A stretch of DNA of 64,000 nt from Eledone cirrhosa (taxonomy: Eukaryota). The stretch's first letter is position 1. Each line of letters begins with the position of its first letter. Of this stretch, positions 1 to 13,899 are shown piece by piece. The stretch spans positions 344,720,001-344,784,000 of the forward strand of contig OZ024741.1 of assembly GCA_964016885.1 (NCBI GenBank), read 5' to 3'. The position numbers and the translations under genes were made by a program. The notes beneath the pieces are model-generated. The model was given only the letters and a program-made list of their open reading frames with translations. It did no database searches and had not been told where the DNA came from.

Positions 1-480
1 ACCATGATCACCATTACCTTCAGTACACATATTCACCACCACAACCAACACCACCACCTTCAGAACACCTCCACAGCCTCCACCACAACCACCACAACAA
101 CCACCTTCAGAACACCGCCACCACCGCCATAACTACCACCACCACAACCATCACCACCTTGTCTGTTTATATATATATTTGTGTATGTATACATGTGTAT
201 GTATGTGTGCATATATATATATATATTTGTGTATGTGTACATGTGTATGTATGTGTGCATTTATATATATATATTTGTGTATGTGTACATGTGTATGTAT
301 GTGTGCATATATATATATATATATATTTGTGTATGTGTACATGTGTATGTATGTGTGCAGATATATATATATATATATATATATTTATGTGTGTATGTAT
401 TTATAAATATGTGTGTGTGTGCGTGTGTGTGCATGTGTTTGTATATGTACATGTATGTGTGTGTATGGATGGGTTTGTGT
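1..480. repeat. (CAC)n-rich tract followed by TA/TATG compound microsatellite with ~46-50 bp higher unit
   Basis: ATATATTTGTGTATGTGTACATGTGTATGTATGTGTGC recurs about 4 times at ~170-360; the ORFs here are low-complexity artefacts. Confidence 0.9.
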
Positions 481-1179
481 GTGTGTGTTTGTCTACATGT
501 ATATGTGTGTGTTCTTTGTTTTCACCTGTCTCTATTTTCTTTCACCTGACTAACTCACATCTGTCCCACTCCCAACTCTCCTATTCTCCCAGGCAACAAA
601 CATTACCCACCTGATGATCTTGTAGGGTGGTGGAGTGGGGTGGTGGTAGGGCTGGTTGGACAGCTGGGTGATAGTAGAAGAGGAAGGCAGGGAGTGGAAG
701 TAGTGGTAGTAGTAGTAGTAGTAGTGGGGGTGGTATTAGGGGTGATAGTAGTGATGAGTAAGCGTGGGTGGACTGGCTGGTATTAGGAACAACACACAGT
801 GCACCTGCTTGCTCCATGCTATGTCATGCCATGTGCGCACACGTACAGCACGTGCCACTTGCCATTCAGCTACTGCTGCGTGCAAGAAAAAAGAAAGAAA
901 AAAAAGAACAAAATATACCCCCTCCCCCGGTGTGTACTACTAAGTTAAAGTGATGGATAAAAATACCCTTTGGTATTTAATTGTATTCTGGGTTCAGTCC
1001 ATGGGGGCTGACGGTTGACCTGGGATCTGACTTGGGTCTGCCATGGGGGTTGACATGGTGCTAAACAACAACAAGAAACAACTACCTTCATTACCACCAC
1101 TGCCATCACACCTGCCACTGCTGCTACTACTGCCACCACCACCACCGCCATAACAATTTCTCACCCTCACTGCTGCTTT

Positions 1180-2370
1180 CGGGATGTCGTTGGGGAAAAG
1201 TATGTTTGAAATGGTACTGTTGCATTAAGCATCACTGATGCTTAAAAGAAAGGGGCCTGGAAATGTTACTATGAGAGACTGATGAATGTAGAGAATGAAT
1301 GGGAGGAAGGGAGACCACCCTCAGCTGGCCCAACTGAAGGACTAGCTATTGAATTCAACAGTTATAGGGTCAAAGAAGCAATGAAAGAGAGGAAAAATAA
1401 TGTAGCCATGGAACCGTCAGAGATAGTTGCTGAGATACTAAAAGCATCGGGAGAAGTAGGAGCTCAACTAGTAACCTGCATAGTCCATCAGGTAATACAA
1501 GATGGTATCATACCCAATAACTGGTGCAGTACAATTATAAAGGCGATGTTCTAGAATGGAGCAACTACAGAGAAATAAAACTAATGGACCAAGTTATGAA
1601 AGTGATGGAAAGAGTTCTAGCAAAGCTAATTAGCGAAAGAGTCAAATCAGACGAGATGCAGTTTGGTTTTGTGCCTGGTAGAAGTACTACAGATGTTCTC
1701 TTCATCGTGAGACATCTACAAGAGCAGTTCCTAGTCAAGAATAAGCTACTATATTTAGCTTTTGTTGTTCTAGAAAAGGCCTTTGACAGAGTACCTTGAT
1801 CTGTTATCTGGTGATCTTTAAGAAAATTAGGTGTAGAAGAATGACTAGTGAGAGCAGTGCAAGCCATGTACAGAAGAGCTCTCAGTAAAGTGAGAGTAGG
1901 AAAGGTGTTTAGTGAGGAATTCAAGGTAGAGGTAGTTTATCAGGATTCATTCCTCAGCCCACTTCTGTTCATTATAGTTCTCCAGGCCATGAGTGAAGAG
2001 TTTAAGACTAACAGAAAAGGAAGACTTCATATAAGATAGATGCACAGAGGTATTTGACAGCAAGAGGGCCAGTGATATAATCTTTCTCCAATTACATAAA
2101 ATATTCAAAGAATTGGTTGATAGCTTCAGCTACCTTGATAATCTAATTAGCAGTGGGGGAGGTTGATCCAAGAGCATTGTAGCTAACATAACAATAGGAT
2201 GGAAGAAATTTAGAGAACTACTCCCTCTGTTGATAACAAATATTTCTCCCTATGAATGAAAGGAAGTCTGTATGACACTTGTGTGTGAAGTGCAATGCTG
2301 CATGGTAGTGAAACATGGGCAGTAAATGCAAAGGATTTGCATAGGCTTGAGATAAATGAAACAAGCATAG
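1180..2370 (+). pseudogene. Degenerate RTE-clade LINE fragment (RT region)
   Basis: Broken ORFs read ..EIVAEILKASGEVG.., NYREIKLMDQVMKV, DEMQFGFVPGRSTTD, LEKAFDRVP, LSPLLFIIVLQA; homologous to the 15030-16997 ORF but with stops, frameshifts and an internal deletion. Confidence 0.9.
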
Positions 2371-2855
2371 TGTAGGTGTGGAATGTTCTGTTGGCTATGT
2401 TAAAACAAATAGTGTAGTGTAAGTGTGTATGTGTAGAAAATGTTATTGACTATGTTGAAACAAACAGTGTAGTGTAAGTGTAGAAAATTATGTTGGCTAT
2501 GTTGAATCAATGTAGAAAACTGTAGTGTAGATGACCCAGACAACTGACCGATTAGCAAATATCTTAATATATTGCTATGGTAATATATTTTTTTATGACA
2601 TGATTTTATTGATGTTCAACTCCAGGACAGGTCTGACCAAGCAGACCAATGGTTAAAGGTATTTCAACTGTCATCATCCAATCTTTTTATGGTTTTCTTT
2701 TATTTTTCTGACATAATGTATAATAGTGTTATTTGGAGGAGATTTGGCTGTTATTTCTAGCAGGTCAAACCATCACCACTATTTAAAAACATATTTTATT
2801 AACTCATTATTGCAGTTGTTGTTGGTTTGATCAAAACAGACTGATGATCTAAATC

Positions 2856-3070
2856 CAGGGTCGGAATAAATACTTCTGAAGCCCTAAGCACTTAGAAGAT
2901 AATAGTACTCCCACCACCACCATCACCACTACCACCAACTTCACATATAAAATCTGCAAAAAAAATTATTTTTGGAATGACAAATACTTTTAATTTGAAT
3001 AAAATGGTACCCCTCTTCCCTTGGTGTACTTAGTGTGTGCTTATTCTACTTAATGGTTAATCCAGCTCTG
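2856..3070. mobile_element. hAT-type MITE
   Basis: Imperfect TIRs CAGGGTCGGAATAA / TTAATCCAGCTCTG and exact 8-bp flanking duplication TCTAAATC (2848-2855, 3071-3078). Confidence 0.8.
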
Positions 3071-3599
3071 TCTAAATCCCTGCAGCTGTGTTCATCACAC
3101 TTTTTTTTTCAGTACTGCAATATTCAGTGTATACTTTCCATTTTAATGTGGCAGATTGTGTAATTTCTGAGAGATTTAACTGGTATTTCTAACAAGTTAA
3201 GCGACCATCTAGAAGCTCTCCTCATTCAATATTATTACTAATTTAGTTTAACCCCAGGTCAGCCCTAATTAAGCAGACCTGTATTGAAAGAATATAATTA
3301 TATAATAATACAGAGAGATGGGGAGGGCGAGAGATGGAGGCGATGACAGTTGGAGTTTGGCTCTTCCGTGTTCGGAGCTGGTGTGTAGCGTAAGTTGTCC
3401 ATAGGGAGATAGTGGCTTGTACTTAGCAAAGGTTTTTAGAACCTTGTGTTTACGATTCCTGTATGTATTATTATATGTTTGTGTTCAAAGTTAAATCATT
3501 AGCTAGACGTTCTACACATGGTTGTTATTATGTTTCGTATTGACTCGTTTAAGACTCAGCCTGGCCTATTCTGCCTTGATAAAGCTGAACATCATATGG

Positions 3600-4070
3600 A
3601 AAAGCAACTCCAGTACTTTTCCAACAAGACTCAAATTGTACAAGTCCCTGCTGACTTTAATCCTTCTGTATGGGTGAGAGAGCTTGACTCTTACGGTTGA
3701 CATGAAAAAAAGAATCCAGGTATTTGATCACAAGTGTTTCAGAAGGCTGCTACACATCCTGTACACAGCACAAAAACAGCTTTGTTGGGCAGCAAGTTAA
3801 CAAATACACTGGCAGACAGGAACCACTCATTGCAATGGTAAAAAGACAGAAGCTTGTCTGGTATGGTGATGTATCCCACCACAACTACCTGTCTAAAACC
3901 ATACTTTAGTTGTTAGAGGGTGAAGAAGAGGCAGACAAAGAAAATCCTGGTCTGACAACATTCAAGAAGGGGGCATGTCAGAACACCATGACCCTCCTAC
4001 ACCATGATGGAGAATAGAGACCAGTGGTTATGGCTGATTGTGGAAGTGTCATGAGTGGCACCTCAATGAC
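3600..4070 (+). pseudogene. Degenerate LINE C-terminal fragment (second RTE-like family)
   Basis: QEPLIAMVKRQKLVWYGDVSHHNYLSKTIL, then a degenerate GRQRKSW-like motif typical of RTE ORF C-termini. Confidence 0.65.
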
Positions 4071-4084
4071 AGGCCGCACCAGTT

Positions 4085-4269
4085 GCCTTATCCGGCCAGA
4101 ATTCTCTCGTCTCTTTCTGTTCAAACCAGCTGCTCATACTTATGTTAAGGTATTGTTCTCAAAATAAATAATATCAAAATCTCATAGATCCAATATTATG
4201 TGAGATAAAGTTTTACCATAAAAATATAATAGTAGTATATATAGAGTAATGTAAATGTTAAAGGGTTAA
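4085..4269 (-). mobile_element. piggyBac-type (TTAA) MITE family, partial copy
   Basis: Reverse complement of the 40366-40581 element; ends AAATGTTAAAGGGTTAA. Confidence 0.6.
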
Positions 4270-4387
4270 AGTAACTTCAAATCAGAGAAGATTGAAAACC
4301 TTGAGATGTTTTAGGGCAATACATTTATCTGAAATAAAGTGTTTACCATAAAAATACAATAGTAAATATAGAGTAATGTAAAGGGTT

Positions 4388-4525
4388 AAGGCAGTGGATT
4401 GGCAGAATCAGCAAAGTAACGGACAAAATGCTTTGCTGTATTTAGTTACAATTTTTTACATTAACAGTTCAAATCCCACCGAGGTCAACTTTAAACCTTT
4501 AATTTTTCCAGGATCGATAAAATAA
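4388..4525 (+). mobile_element. SINE family A, degenerate copy
   Basis: GGCAGTGGATTGGCAGAATC...GTTCAAATCCCACCGAGGTCAACTTT...GATCGATAAAATAAA. Confidence 0.7.
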
Positions 4526-4534
4526 AAAAAAAAG

Positions 4535-4680
4535 TTGTCTTTGGTCAAGTCCTGGTATTCAGTTATTTTCCCCTTCTCTGCATTACAATTAGTCGGACGG
4601 CTGGGCACCAGTGCCCAGAATTGTGGCAATGATATGTTAAGGCTTTCTACCAGCAGTGGATCCACACAGGCTAAATAGAA
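4535..4680 (-). pseudogene. CRE-like (RLE) non-LTR retrotransposon C-terminal remnant
   Basis: CVDPLL...NAEKGKITEYQDL resembles the AE.xK.xKY.xL motif; similar to 63490-63765. Confidence 0.4.
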
Positions 4681-4966
4681 TGGAATCAGTGTATGCTTGT
4701 GTATATACATGTGTATGAGAGAATGACTCAAAGAAAAGCTAGAGAGAGAATTAGGGTAATGGAGAGAAATATATTGGTTGCTATAGAAATATATAAATGA
4801 AGGTAAACTTACACCAGGCTGTTGTTTTAATTGTTAATGTTTTTATTGTTATTTGTTTTTGTATTTTTTTTTTGTTTTGTTTTTCTCTTTTGCTCTTTCT
4901 GTTGAGTCTCAGCAGAAGCCAGGAAAGACTTAAATTAATGGGAGGGACAAAATCGTCATCACAGAG

Positions 4967-5945
4967 ATGACAATGATGATGATGATTGTGATGGGGTTAC
5001 TAATTGTGATGCTGATGGAGATAATGCTGGTGGTTATGAGGAACATGATTGCGATGGTGGTGGTGGAGGTGGAGGTGACGATGATGATTGATGACAATGA
5101 AAGTGATGGTCATGATGATGATTGTGATGGTTATGGTGCTGGTGGTGATTATGATGATTGTGGTGGTGGTGGTGATGATTATGATGATTGTGGTGGTGGT
5201 GGTGGTGATGATTATGATGATTGTGGTGGTTGTGATTATGATGATTGTGATGGTGGTGGTGGTGATTATGATGATTGTGGTGGTGGTGGTGATGATTATG
5301 ATGATTGTGATGGTGGTGGTGATGATTATGATGATTGTGGTGGTGGTGGTGGTGATTATGATGATTGTGGTGGTGGTGGTGATGATTATGATGATTGTGG
5401 TGGTGGTGATTATGATGATGGTGGTGGTGGTGGTGATTATGAAGATTGTGGTGGTGGTGATGATGATGATTGTGGTGGTGGTGGTGGTGGTGATTATGAT
5501 GATTGTGGTGGTGGTGGTGGTGGTGATGATTATGATGATTGTGATGGTGGTGGTGGTGGTGGTGATTATGATGATTGGTGGTGGTGGTGGTGGTGATTAT
5601 GATGATTGTGGTGGTGGTGGTGGTGATTATGATGATTGTGATGGTGGTGGTGGTGATGATTATGATGATTGTGATGGTGGTGTTGGTGATTATGATGATT
5701 GGTGGTGGTGGTGATTATGAAGATTGTGGTGGTGGTGGTGGTGATGATTATGAAGATTGTGATGGTGGTGGTGGTGATTATGATGATTGGTGGTGGTGGT
5801 GGTGGTGGTGATTATGATGATGGTGGTGATGAAGATGATTGTGATGGTGGTTGTGAGAGTTGTGGTGATGGTGGTGGTGGTAATGAGAATAATAAGGGTG
5901 ATAGTAGTAGTGGTAGTAGTAGTGGTTGAGGTGGTAGTAATAGTT
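4967..5945. repeat. Compound (GGT)n/(GAT)n trinucleotide array
   Basis: Recurrent unit GATTATGATGATTGT(GGT)n with 1-bp slips. Confidence 0.9.
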
Positions 5946-5959
5946 GTAGAGTTTCTGGT

Positions 5960-6670
5960 GGTGTACACACACACACACATACATCCCCCCACATATACAC
6001 ACACACATTCACACACAGATACACACACACACATACCCCCCACACATACATACCCCCACACACACATTCACACACAGATACACACACACACATACCCCCC
6101 ACACATACATACTCCCACACACACGCACGCATACCCCCCACACACATACCCCCCCCCCCACACACACACAGTCACATATACACACACTCACAATCGGAGC
6201 AACACTAAGTCTTCAGCATGATAAAAACTGTATGTGTGTGTAGGTGTGAATGCACTCATTTGTAAGTGTGTGTGTCAGTGTGGGTGCAGATGTTTACTTT
6301 TGTAAGAATGTGTGTGTGTGTGTGTTAGTGAGAGTGTGAATGTACACATTTGTAAGTGTATGTATGTATGTATGTATGTGTGTGTATGTGCATGTAGTGG
6401 TGCAAATGTACAAATTTGAAAGTGTGTGTGTGTGTCAGTGTCGGGAAAAATGTACACATTTGTATGTGTCTGTGTGTGCAAATGTACACTTGCAAGTGTA
6501 TGTGTGTGTATGTGTCAGTGTGTGTGTGTGTGTGTGTATGAATGTACACATTTGTAAGTGTGTGTGTGTCTGTGTAGGTACGAATGTACTTATTTGTATA
6601 TGTGTGTGTGTGTCTGTGTGTATAGGTACAAATGTAAATATATTTATAAGTATGTATGTGTGTGTCAGTA
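5960..6670. repeat. (CA)n/(TG)n compound microsatellites
   Basis: Directly visible. Confidence 0.9.
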
Positions 6671-7698
6671 AATTGGGTAGACAGAGACTGTGTTTAAGCC
6701 TGTCTGATGTATTATACCAGTAATGTAAAGGGTCAGCTTTGTCACACTTCTGTGGAACACTCAACCACATACCCTCTAATACAGAATGGTCTGAAGCTGT
6801 AATTCAAAGGGTCAGCTTTGTCACAGACTGTGTTATGTAAAATAATCTTGAGAATTACAAGTGTACACATCTGTGGAATACTCAGCCACTTTCCCTATAA
6901 TACAGAATTGACTGTAGTTGTAATTAAAAGGACCAGCTTTGTTACAGACTTTGTCATACTGATTTTGTCTGAGGATTATATTAAGTGTATACATATCTTA
7001 GCCAGTTACTCTCAGTTCTCAAATAATTTCCCCCACCTCCCACACACTTATCAAATTTTCAACTTACCCCTTTCTCTTATTAAATTTTGTTAATCTGTCT
7101 CCAGTGAAATTTTATTTTAAGTGGTAGCATTCCTGTGACAATTTTCTTTAGACATTAAAAAACATTATACATGACAAAAAGTACATTACTAGAAATCTCA
7201 TAAATTACTAGTAATCTCATAAATAAGATGTGTTGGGGTCTCAATATGTAAACTAAATTACTAATTCTGGTTTTTAAAAAATCAACGAATACAACCTAGA
7301 AAAATTACCAATTCCCCGTTTATTCCACACTCCCCTAAAATTTGGAACCCATGAGTACACAATAATATAAGATGGACTGTACCTTTAATTCAAGTGTGTA
7401 TCCTTTTCACAATTTGTGTCAGAGTTATTGTTAACCTTCAGCATGCTGAATTTTTTTATGAATTGCTTCCCTTGGCACTGCATTATATATTAAGGGGAGA
7501 TTACTCTATTGTCACAATATTGTGCTGAAGGTTAAGTGTACAACTGTTTGTAATATCTGAAGATGATTCAGGGCTCACTGATGTCACTTTCTTTCTGATG
7601 ATAATCATGGACATACAGCATCATATAGATGAACATTGATGCAAATGTCCATGGTCCAAGATGATGAGGGGAAGACACATACAGTATCATGTAGATTA

Positions 7699-10600
7699 GC
7701 ATTGGTGTAATTGTCCATAGTCCCTGACCCTCAGCAATGAGGATGGGAAGAGATAGACACAGAGCATCATATAGATTAACATTGGTGTAATTGTCCATAG
7801 TCCCTGACCCTCAACAATGAGGGTGGGAAGAGATAGACACAGAGCATCATATAGATTAACATTGGTGTAATTGTCCATAGTCCCTGACCCTCAACAATGA
7901 GGGTGGGAAGAGATAGACACAGAGCATCATATAGATTAACATTGGTGTAATTGTCCATAGTCCCTGACCCTCAGCAATGAGGATGGGAAGAGATAGACAC
8001 AGAGCATCATATAGATTACCATTGGTGTAATTGTCCATAGTCCCTGACCCTCAGCAATGACGATGGGAAGAGATAGACACAGAGCATCATATAGATTAAC
8101 ATTGGTGTAACTGTCCATAGTCCCTGACCCTCAGCAATGAGGATGGGAAGAGATAGACACAGAGCATCATATAGATTAACATTGGTGTAATTGTCCATAG
8201 TCCCTGACCCTCAGCAATGAGGGTGGGAAGAGATAGACACAGAGTATCATATGGATTAACATTGGTGTAATTGTCCATAGTCCCTGACCCTCAGCAATGA
8301 GAATGGGAAGAGATAGACACAGAGCATCATATAGATTAACATTGGTGTAATTGTCCATAGTCCCTGACCCTCAACAATGAGGATGGGAAGAGATAGACAC
8401 AGAGCATCATATAGATTAACATTGGTGTAATTGTCCATAGTCCCTGACCCTCAGCAATGAGGATGGGAAGAGATAGACACAGAGCATCATATAGATTAAC
8501 ATTGGTGTAATTGTCCATAGTCCCTGACCCTCAACAATGAGGGTGGGAAGAGATAGACACAGAGCATCATATAGATTAACATTAGTGTAATTGTCCATAG
8601 TCCCTGACCCTCAGCAATGAGGATGGGAAGAGATAGACACAGAGCATCATATAGGTTAACATTGGTGTAATTGTCCATAGTCCCTGACCCTCAACAATGA
8701 GGGTGGGAAGAGATAGACACAGAGCATCATATAGATTAACATTGGTGTAATTGTCCATAGTCCCTGACCCTCAACAATGAGGGTGGGAAGAGATAGACAC
8801 AGAGCATCATATAGATTAACATTGGTGTAATTGTCCATAGTCCCTGACCCTCAGCAATGAGGATGGGAAGAGATAGACACAGAGCATCATATAGATTAAC
8901 ATTGGTGTAATTGTCCATAGTCTCTGACCCTCAGCAGTGAGGATGGGAAGAGATAAACACAGAGCATCATATAGATTAACATTGGTGTAATTGTCCATAG
9001 TCCCTGACCCTCAGCAATGAGGATGGGAAGAGATAGACACAGAGCATCATATAGATTAACATTGGTGTAATTGTCCATAGTCCCTGACCCTCAGCAATGA
9101 GGATGGGAAGAGATAGACACAGAGCATCATATAGATTAACATTGGTGTAATTGTCCATAGTCCCTGACCCTCAACAATAAGGGTGGGAAGAGATAGACAC
9201 AGAGCATCATATAGATTAACATTGGTGTAATTGTCCATAGTCCCTGACCCTCAACAATAAGGGTGGGAAGAGATAGACACAGAGCATCATATAGATTAAC
9301 ATTGGTGTAATTGTCCATAGTCCCTGACCCTCAGCAATGAGGATGGGAAGAGATAGACACAGAGCATCATATAGATTAACATTGGTGTAATTGTCCATAG
9401 TCTCTGACCCTCATCAATGAGGATGGGAAGAGATAGACACAGAGCATCATATAGATTAACATTGGTGTAACTGTCCATAGTCCCTGACCCTCAGCAATTT
9501 AGGATGGGAAGAGATAGACACAGAGCATCATATAGATTAACATTGGTGTAATTGTCCATAGTCCCTGACTCTCAGCAATGAGGATGGGAAGAGATAGACA
9601 CAGAGCATCATATAGATTAACATTGGTGTAATTGTCCATAGTCCCTGACCCTCAGCAATGAGGGTGGGAAGAGATAGACTCAGAGCATCATATAGATTAA
9701 CATTGGTGTAATTGTCCATAGTCCCTGACCCTCAGCAATTTAGGATGGGAAGAGATAGACACAGAGCATCATTTAGATTAACATTGGTGTAATTGTCCAT
9801 AGTCCCTGACCCTCAGCCATGAGGGTGGGAAGAGATAGACACAGAGCATCATATAGGTTAACATTGGTGTAATTGTCCATAGTCCCTGACCCTCAGCAAT
9901 GAGGATGGGAAGAGATAGACACAGAGCATCGTATAGATTAACATTAGTGTAATTGTCCATAGTCCCTGACCCTCAGCAATGAGGATGGGAAGAGATAGAC
10001 ACAGAGCATCATATAGATTAACATTGGTGTAATCGTCCATAGTCCCTGACCCTCAGCAATGAGGGTGGGAAGAGATAGACACAGAGCATCATATAGATTA
10101 ACATTGGTGTAATTGTCCATAGTCCCTGACCCTCAGCAATGAGGATGGGAAGAGATAGACACAGAGCATCATATAGATTAACATTGGTGTAATTGTCCAT
10201 AGTCCCTGACCCTCAACAATGAGGATGGGAAGAGATAGACACAGAGCATCATATAGATTAACATTGGTGTAATTGTCCATAGTCCCTGACCCTCAGCAAT
10301 GAGGATGGGAAGAGATAGACACAGAGCATTATATAGATTAACATTGGTGTAATTGTCCATAGTCCCTGACCCTCAGCAATGAGGATGGGAATAGATAGAC
10401 ACAGAGCATCATATAGATTAACATTGGTGTAATTGTCCATAGTCCCTGACCCTCAGCAATGAGGATGGGAAGAGATAGACACAGAGCATCATATAGATTA
10501 ACATTGGTGTAATTGTCCATAGTCCCTGACCCTCAGCAATGAGGATGGGAAGAGATAGACACAGAGCATCATATAGATTAACATTGGTGTAATTGTCCAT

Positions 10601-12235
10601 AGTCCCTGACCCTCAGCAATGAGGATGGGAAGAGATAGACACAGAGCATCATATAGATTAACATTGGTGTAATTGTCCATAGTCCCTGACCCTCAGCAAT
10701 GAGGATGGGAAGAGATAGACACAGAGCATCATATAGATTAACATTGGTGTAATTGTCCATAGTCCCTGACCCTCAGCAATGAGGGTGGGAAGAGATAGAC
10801 ACAGAGCATCATATAGATTAACATTGGTGTAATTGTCCATAGTCCCTGACCCTCAGCAATGAGGATGGGAAGAGATAGACACAGAGCATCATATAGATTA
10901 ACATTGGTGTAATTGTCCATAGTCCCTGACCCTCAGCAATGAGGATGGGAAGAGATAGACACAGAGCATCATATAGATTAACATTGGTGTAATTGTCCAT
11001 AGTCCCTGACCCTCAGCAATGAGGATGGGAAGAGATAGACACAGAGCATCATATAGATTAACATTGGTGTAATTGTCCATAGTCCCTGACCCTCAACAAT
11101 GAGGGTGGGAAGAGATAGACACAGAGCTTCATATAGATTAACATTGGTGTAATTGTCCATAGTCCCTGACCCTCAGCAATGAGGATGGGAAGAGATAGAC
11201 ACAGAGCTTCATATAGATTAACATTGGTGTAATTGTCCATAGTCCCTGACCCTCAGCCATGAGGGTGGGAAGAGATAGACACAGAGCATCATATAGATTA
11301 ACATTGGTGTAATTGTCCATAGTCCCTGACCCTCAGCAATGAGGATGGGAAGAGATAGACACAGAGCTTCATATAGATTAACATTGGTGTAATTGTCCAT
11401 AGTCCCTGACCCTCAGCAATGAGGGTGGGAAGCAATAGACACAGAGCATCATATAGGTTAACATTGGTGTAATTGTCCATAGTCCCTGACCCTCAGCAAT
11501 GAGGATGGGAAGAGATAGACACAGATTATCATATAGATTAAGATTGGTGTAATTGTCCATAGTCCCTGACCCTCAGCAATGAGGGTGGGAAGAGATAGAC
11601 ACAGAGCATCATATAGATTAACATTTGTGTAATTGTCCATAGTCCCTGACCCTCAGCAATGAGGGTGGGAAGCAATAGACACAGAGCATCATATAGGTTA
11701 ACATTGGTGTAATTGTCCATAGTCCCTGACCCTCAGCAATGAGGATGGGAAGAGATAGACACAGAGCATCATATAGATTAAGATTGGTGTAATTGTCCAT
11801 AGTCCCTGACCCTCAGCAATGAGGGTGGGAAGAGATAGACACAGAGCATCATATAGATTAACATTGGTGTAATTGTCCATAGTCCCTGACCCTCAGCAAT
11901 GAGGGTGGGAAGCAATAGACACAGAGCATCATATAGGTTAACATTGGTGTAATTGTCCATAGTCCCTGACCCTCAGCAATGAGGATGGGAAGAGATAGAC
12001 ACAGAGCATCATATAGGTTAACATTGGTGTAATTGTCCATAGTCCCTGACCCTCAGCAATGAGGGTGGGAAGAGATAGACACAGAGCATCATTTAGATTA
12101 ACATTGGTGTAATTGTCCATAGTCCCTGACCCTCAGCAATGAGGATGGGAAGAGATAGACACAGAGCATCATATAGATTAACATTGGTGTAATTGTCCAT
12201 AGTCCCTGACCCTCAGCAATGAGGGTGGGAAGAGA
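7699..12235. repeat. 80-bp tandem satellite, ~57 copies
   Basis: Unit ATTGGTGTAATTGTCCATAGTCCCTGACCCTCAGCAATGAGG(A/G)TGGGAAGAGATAGACACAGAGCATCATATAGATTAAC; ORF track repeats every 80 bp; diverged monomer at ~7610-7698. Confidence 0.98.
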
Positions 12236-12589
12236 CAAACAACTGTTTATGGAGTATTCAGCCATATTCATGCTGAATCAATGAATAAATATTTCACTTG
12301 ATAAAACAAATGGAATGCTCATCATCATCAAAACTGATGGAGAACCTATTTATTTATTACTTCATACACCTGATAGATCTATCTGTAATGTTAGGGAGAT
12401 TAAGGAACAAGTAATTACAGAGATATAGAGATTGTTGTCATAGATGATAGCACTCTACACTATGACAAATACAGTGGCAGTAATGGTGGTGGTGGTGGTG
12501 GTGGTGGTGGTGGTAACAGTGGTGATATTGGGATGATAGTGGATAGAGAGGAAAGAAAGCAAGTTGTTATTATTTAGTCCTAGATCAGG

Positions 12590-12812
12590 GAGGTGGATTT
12601 GCAGTATCAGTAGAGAGTCGGATGCCATGCTTTGCAGCATAGAGTTGCGTCCCTTTACGGTCTGAGTTCAAATCCTGCCGAGGTTAACTTTGCTTTTCAT
12701 CCTTATGGGGTCGATAAAATAAAGCACCAGTAATGTACTGGGGTCGATTTAATCGCCCCCTCCCCCCTCCCCCTCCCCAAATTACTGGCCTTGTGCCTTT
12801 AGTAGAAATCAT
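12590..12812 (+). mobile_element. SINE family A, near full-length (tRNA-like head, TCATCCTTATGGGGTCGATAAAATAAAG core)
   Basis: B-box GAGTTCAAATCC; core and tail GGCCTTGTGCC..AGTAGAAA-(ATT)n shared with about 20 other copies in the window. Confidence 0.85.
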
Positions 12813-13434
12813 TATTTAGTCCTAGATCAACTCAATCAGATGGCCTTGGGTTAAATAAATAAATCAAAGCAGCCAACCATGACCATCCCATCTCATTCCA
12901 TCTTATTTTCAAATATTGAATTGTGACTATTATCCAAATTGTATCCCACCATTTCTAAGATGGCAGGGTGTTGTTTCAGAGGGATTTGGCTGCTTTTTCC
13001 AGCAGTTCAAGCAAACACACAGAGGCTCCTTTCTATAATTTCCTAGTAATGGTACAGATGGTGACATTGGTGGTAGTGGAGGAGATGTTTGAGTTAATGA
13101 GGTCAGTATGGTGGGACACAAGAGGAAGGTGGCTAGCAGAGAATAGCAAACATATCACAGTTTAATCCTAACTCATTGATCTCCTCATCACACGCATGCT
13201 TCTTCTGTTTCTTATCTCCTTCCCTTCAAACACACCCACAACCCATATAAACATATGCTTCCTTCACAAAGTTATTATTCCTAACATAACATTGACTTTT
13301 AGTATATTTTGTTTGACAAGGTCCCAGATCTCATTCATTTGCTTAACGAGGTGGAACTCATCAAATCAGACCATGGAAACAGTTTCCATTAGTCTTTCTG
13401 TTGCTGATATTATCTACCAGCCACAACTCATGGC

Positions 13435-13870
13435 AGAAGGAGCAAGTGAAATAAAGTGATTTGCTCAGTCCGGGAATCAAACTCGCAACCTCACAATTGT
13501 AATTCTGACTTTCCAACCATTAAGCCATGCACCTTCACAACATTGAATATATAAATAGGAATATATAAATATATGTACAACCATAAAGGGTAAAGAATCC
13601 CCCATTTGTCATGAATGACTGTAGGATTTGCACCTAGAAAGTTCCCCCTGATGTACAAGTCGGGGCAAGGTGTTTTTATAGAAGACCAGCAGTCACCCAT
13701 GCATACCAGTCACCCCCTCACCATGCTATTGATGTTGTCAAAGGGAAATGTCTGATACAGCTTGGCACCAGTGATGTCACAAACTCATTTCTTTAGCTGA
13801 GTGAACAGTGAACTGGAGCAATGTGAAATAAAGTGTCTTGCTCAAGGACACAAGGAATCAAACTCATGTT
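13435..13870 (-). mobile_element. SINE (family B-related) fragments
   Basis: Reverse complement contains CCTTGAGCAAGACACTTTATTTCACATTGCTCCAG and a tRNA-like head (TGGCTTAATGG..GAGTTTGATTCC). Confidence 0.6.
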
Positions 13871-13899
13871 TTGATGTTTCTTTATATAACAGCAACAAG

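Noticed and set aside
4967-5929. Gly/Asp/Cys-rich GGGDDYDDC protein
   Set aside because: Trinucleotide microsatellite with frameshifting slips and no codon diversity
7568-12120. About 55 near-identical 60-aa ORFs; possible CRISPR array or peptide gene array
   Set aside because: They arise from an 80-bp (non-triplet) satellite with no unique spacers and no cas genes
7699-12235. Ribozyme-bearing satellite (as in newt or schistosome satellites)
   Set aside because: The unit lacks CTGANGA+GAAA on either strand; only a small hairpin is present
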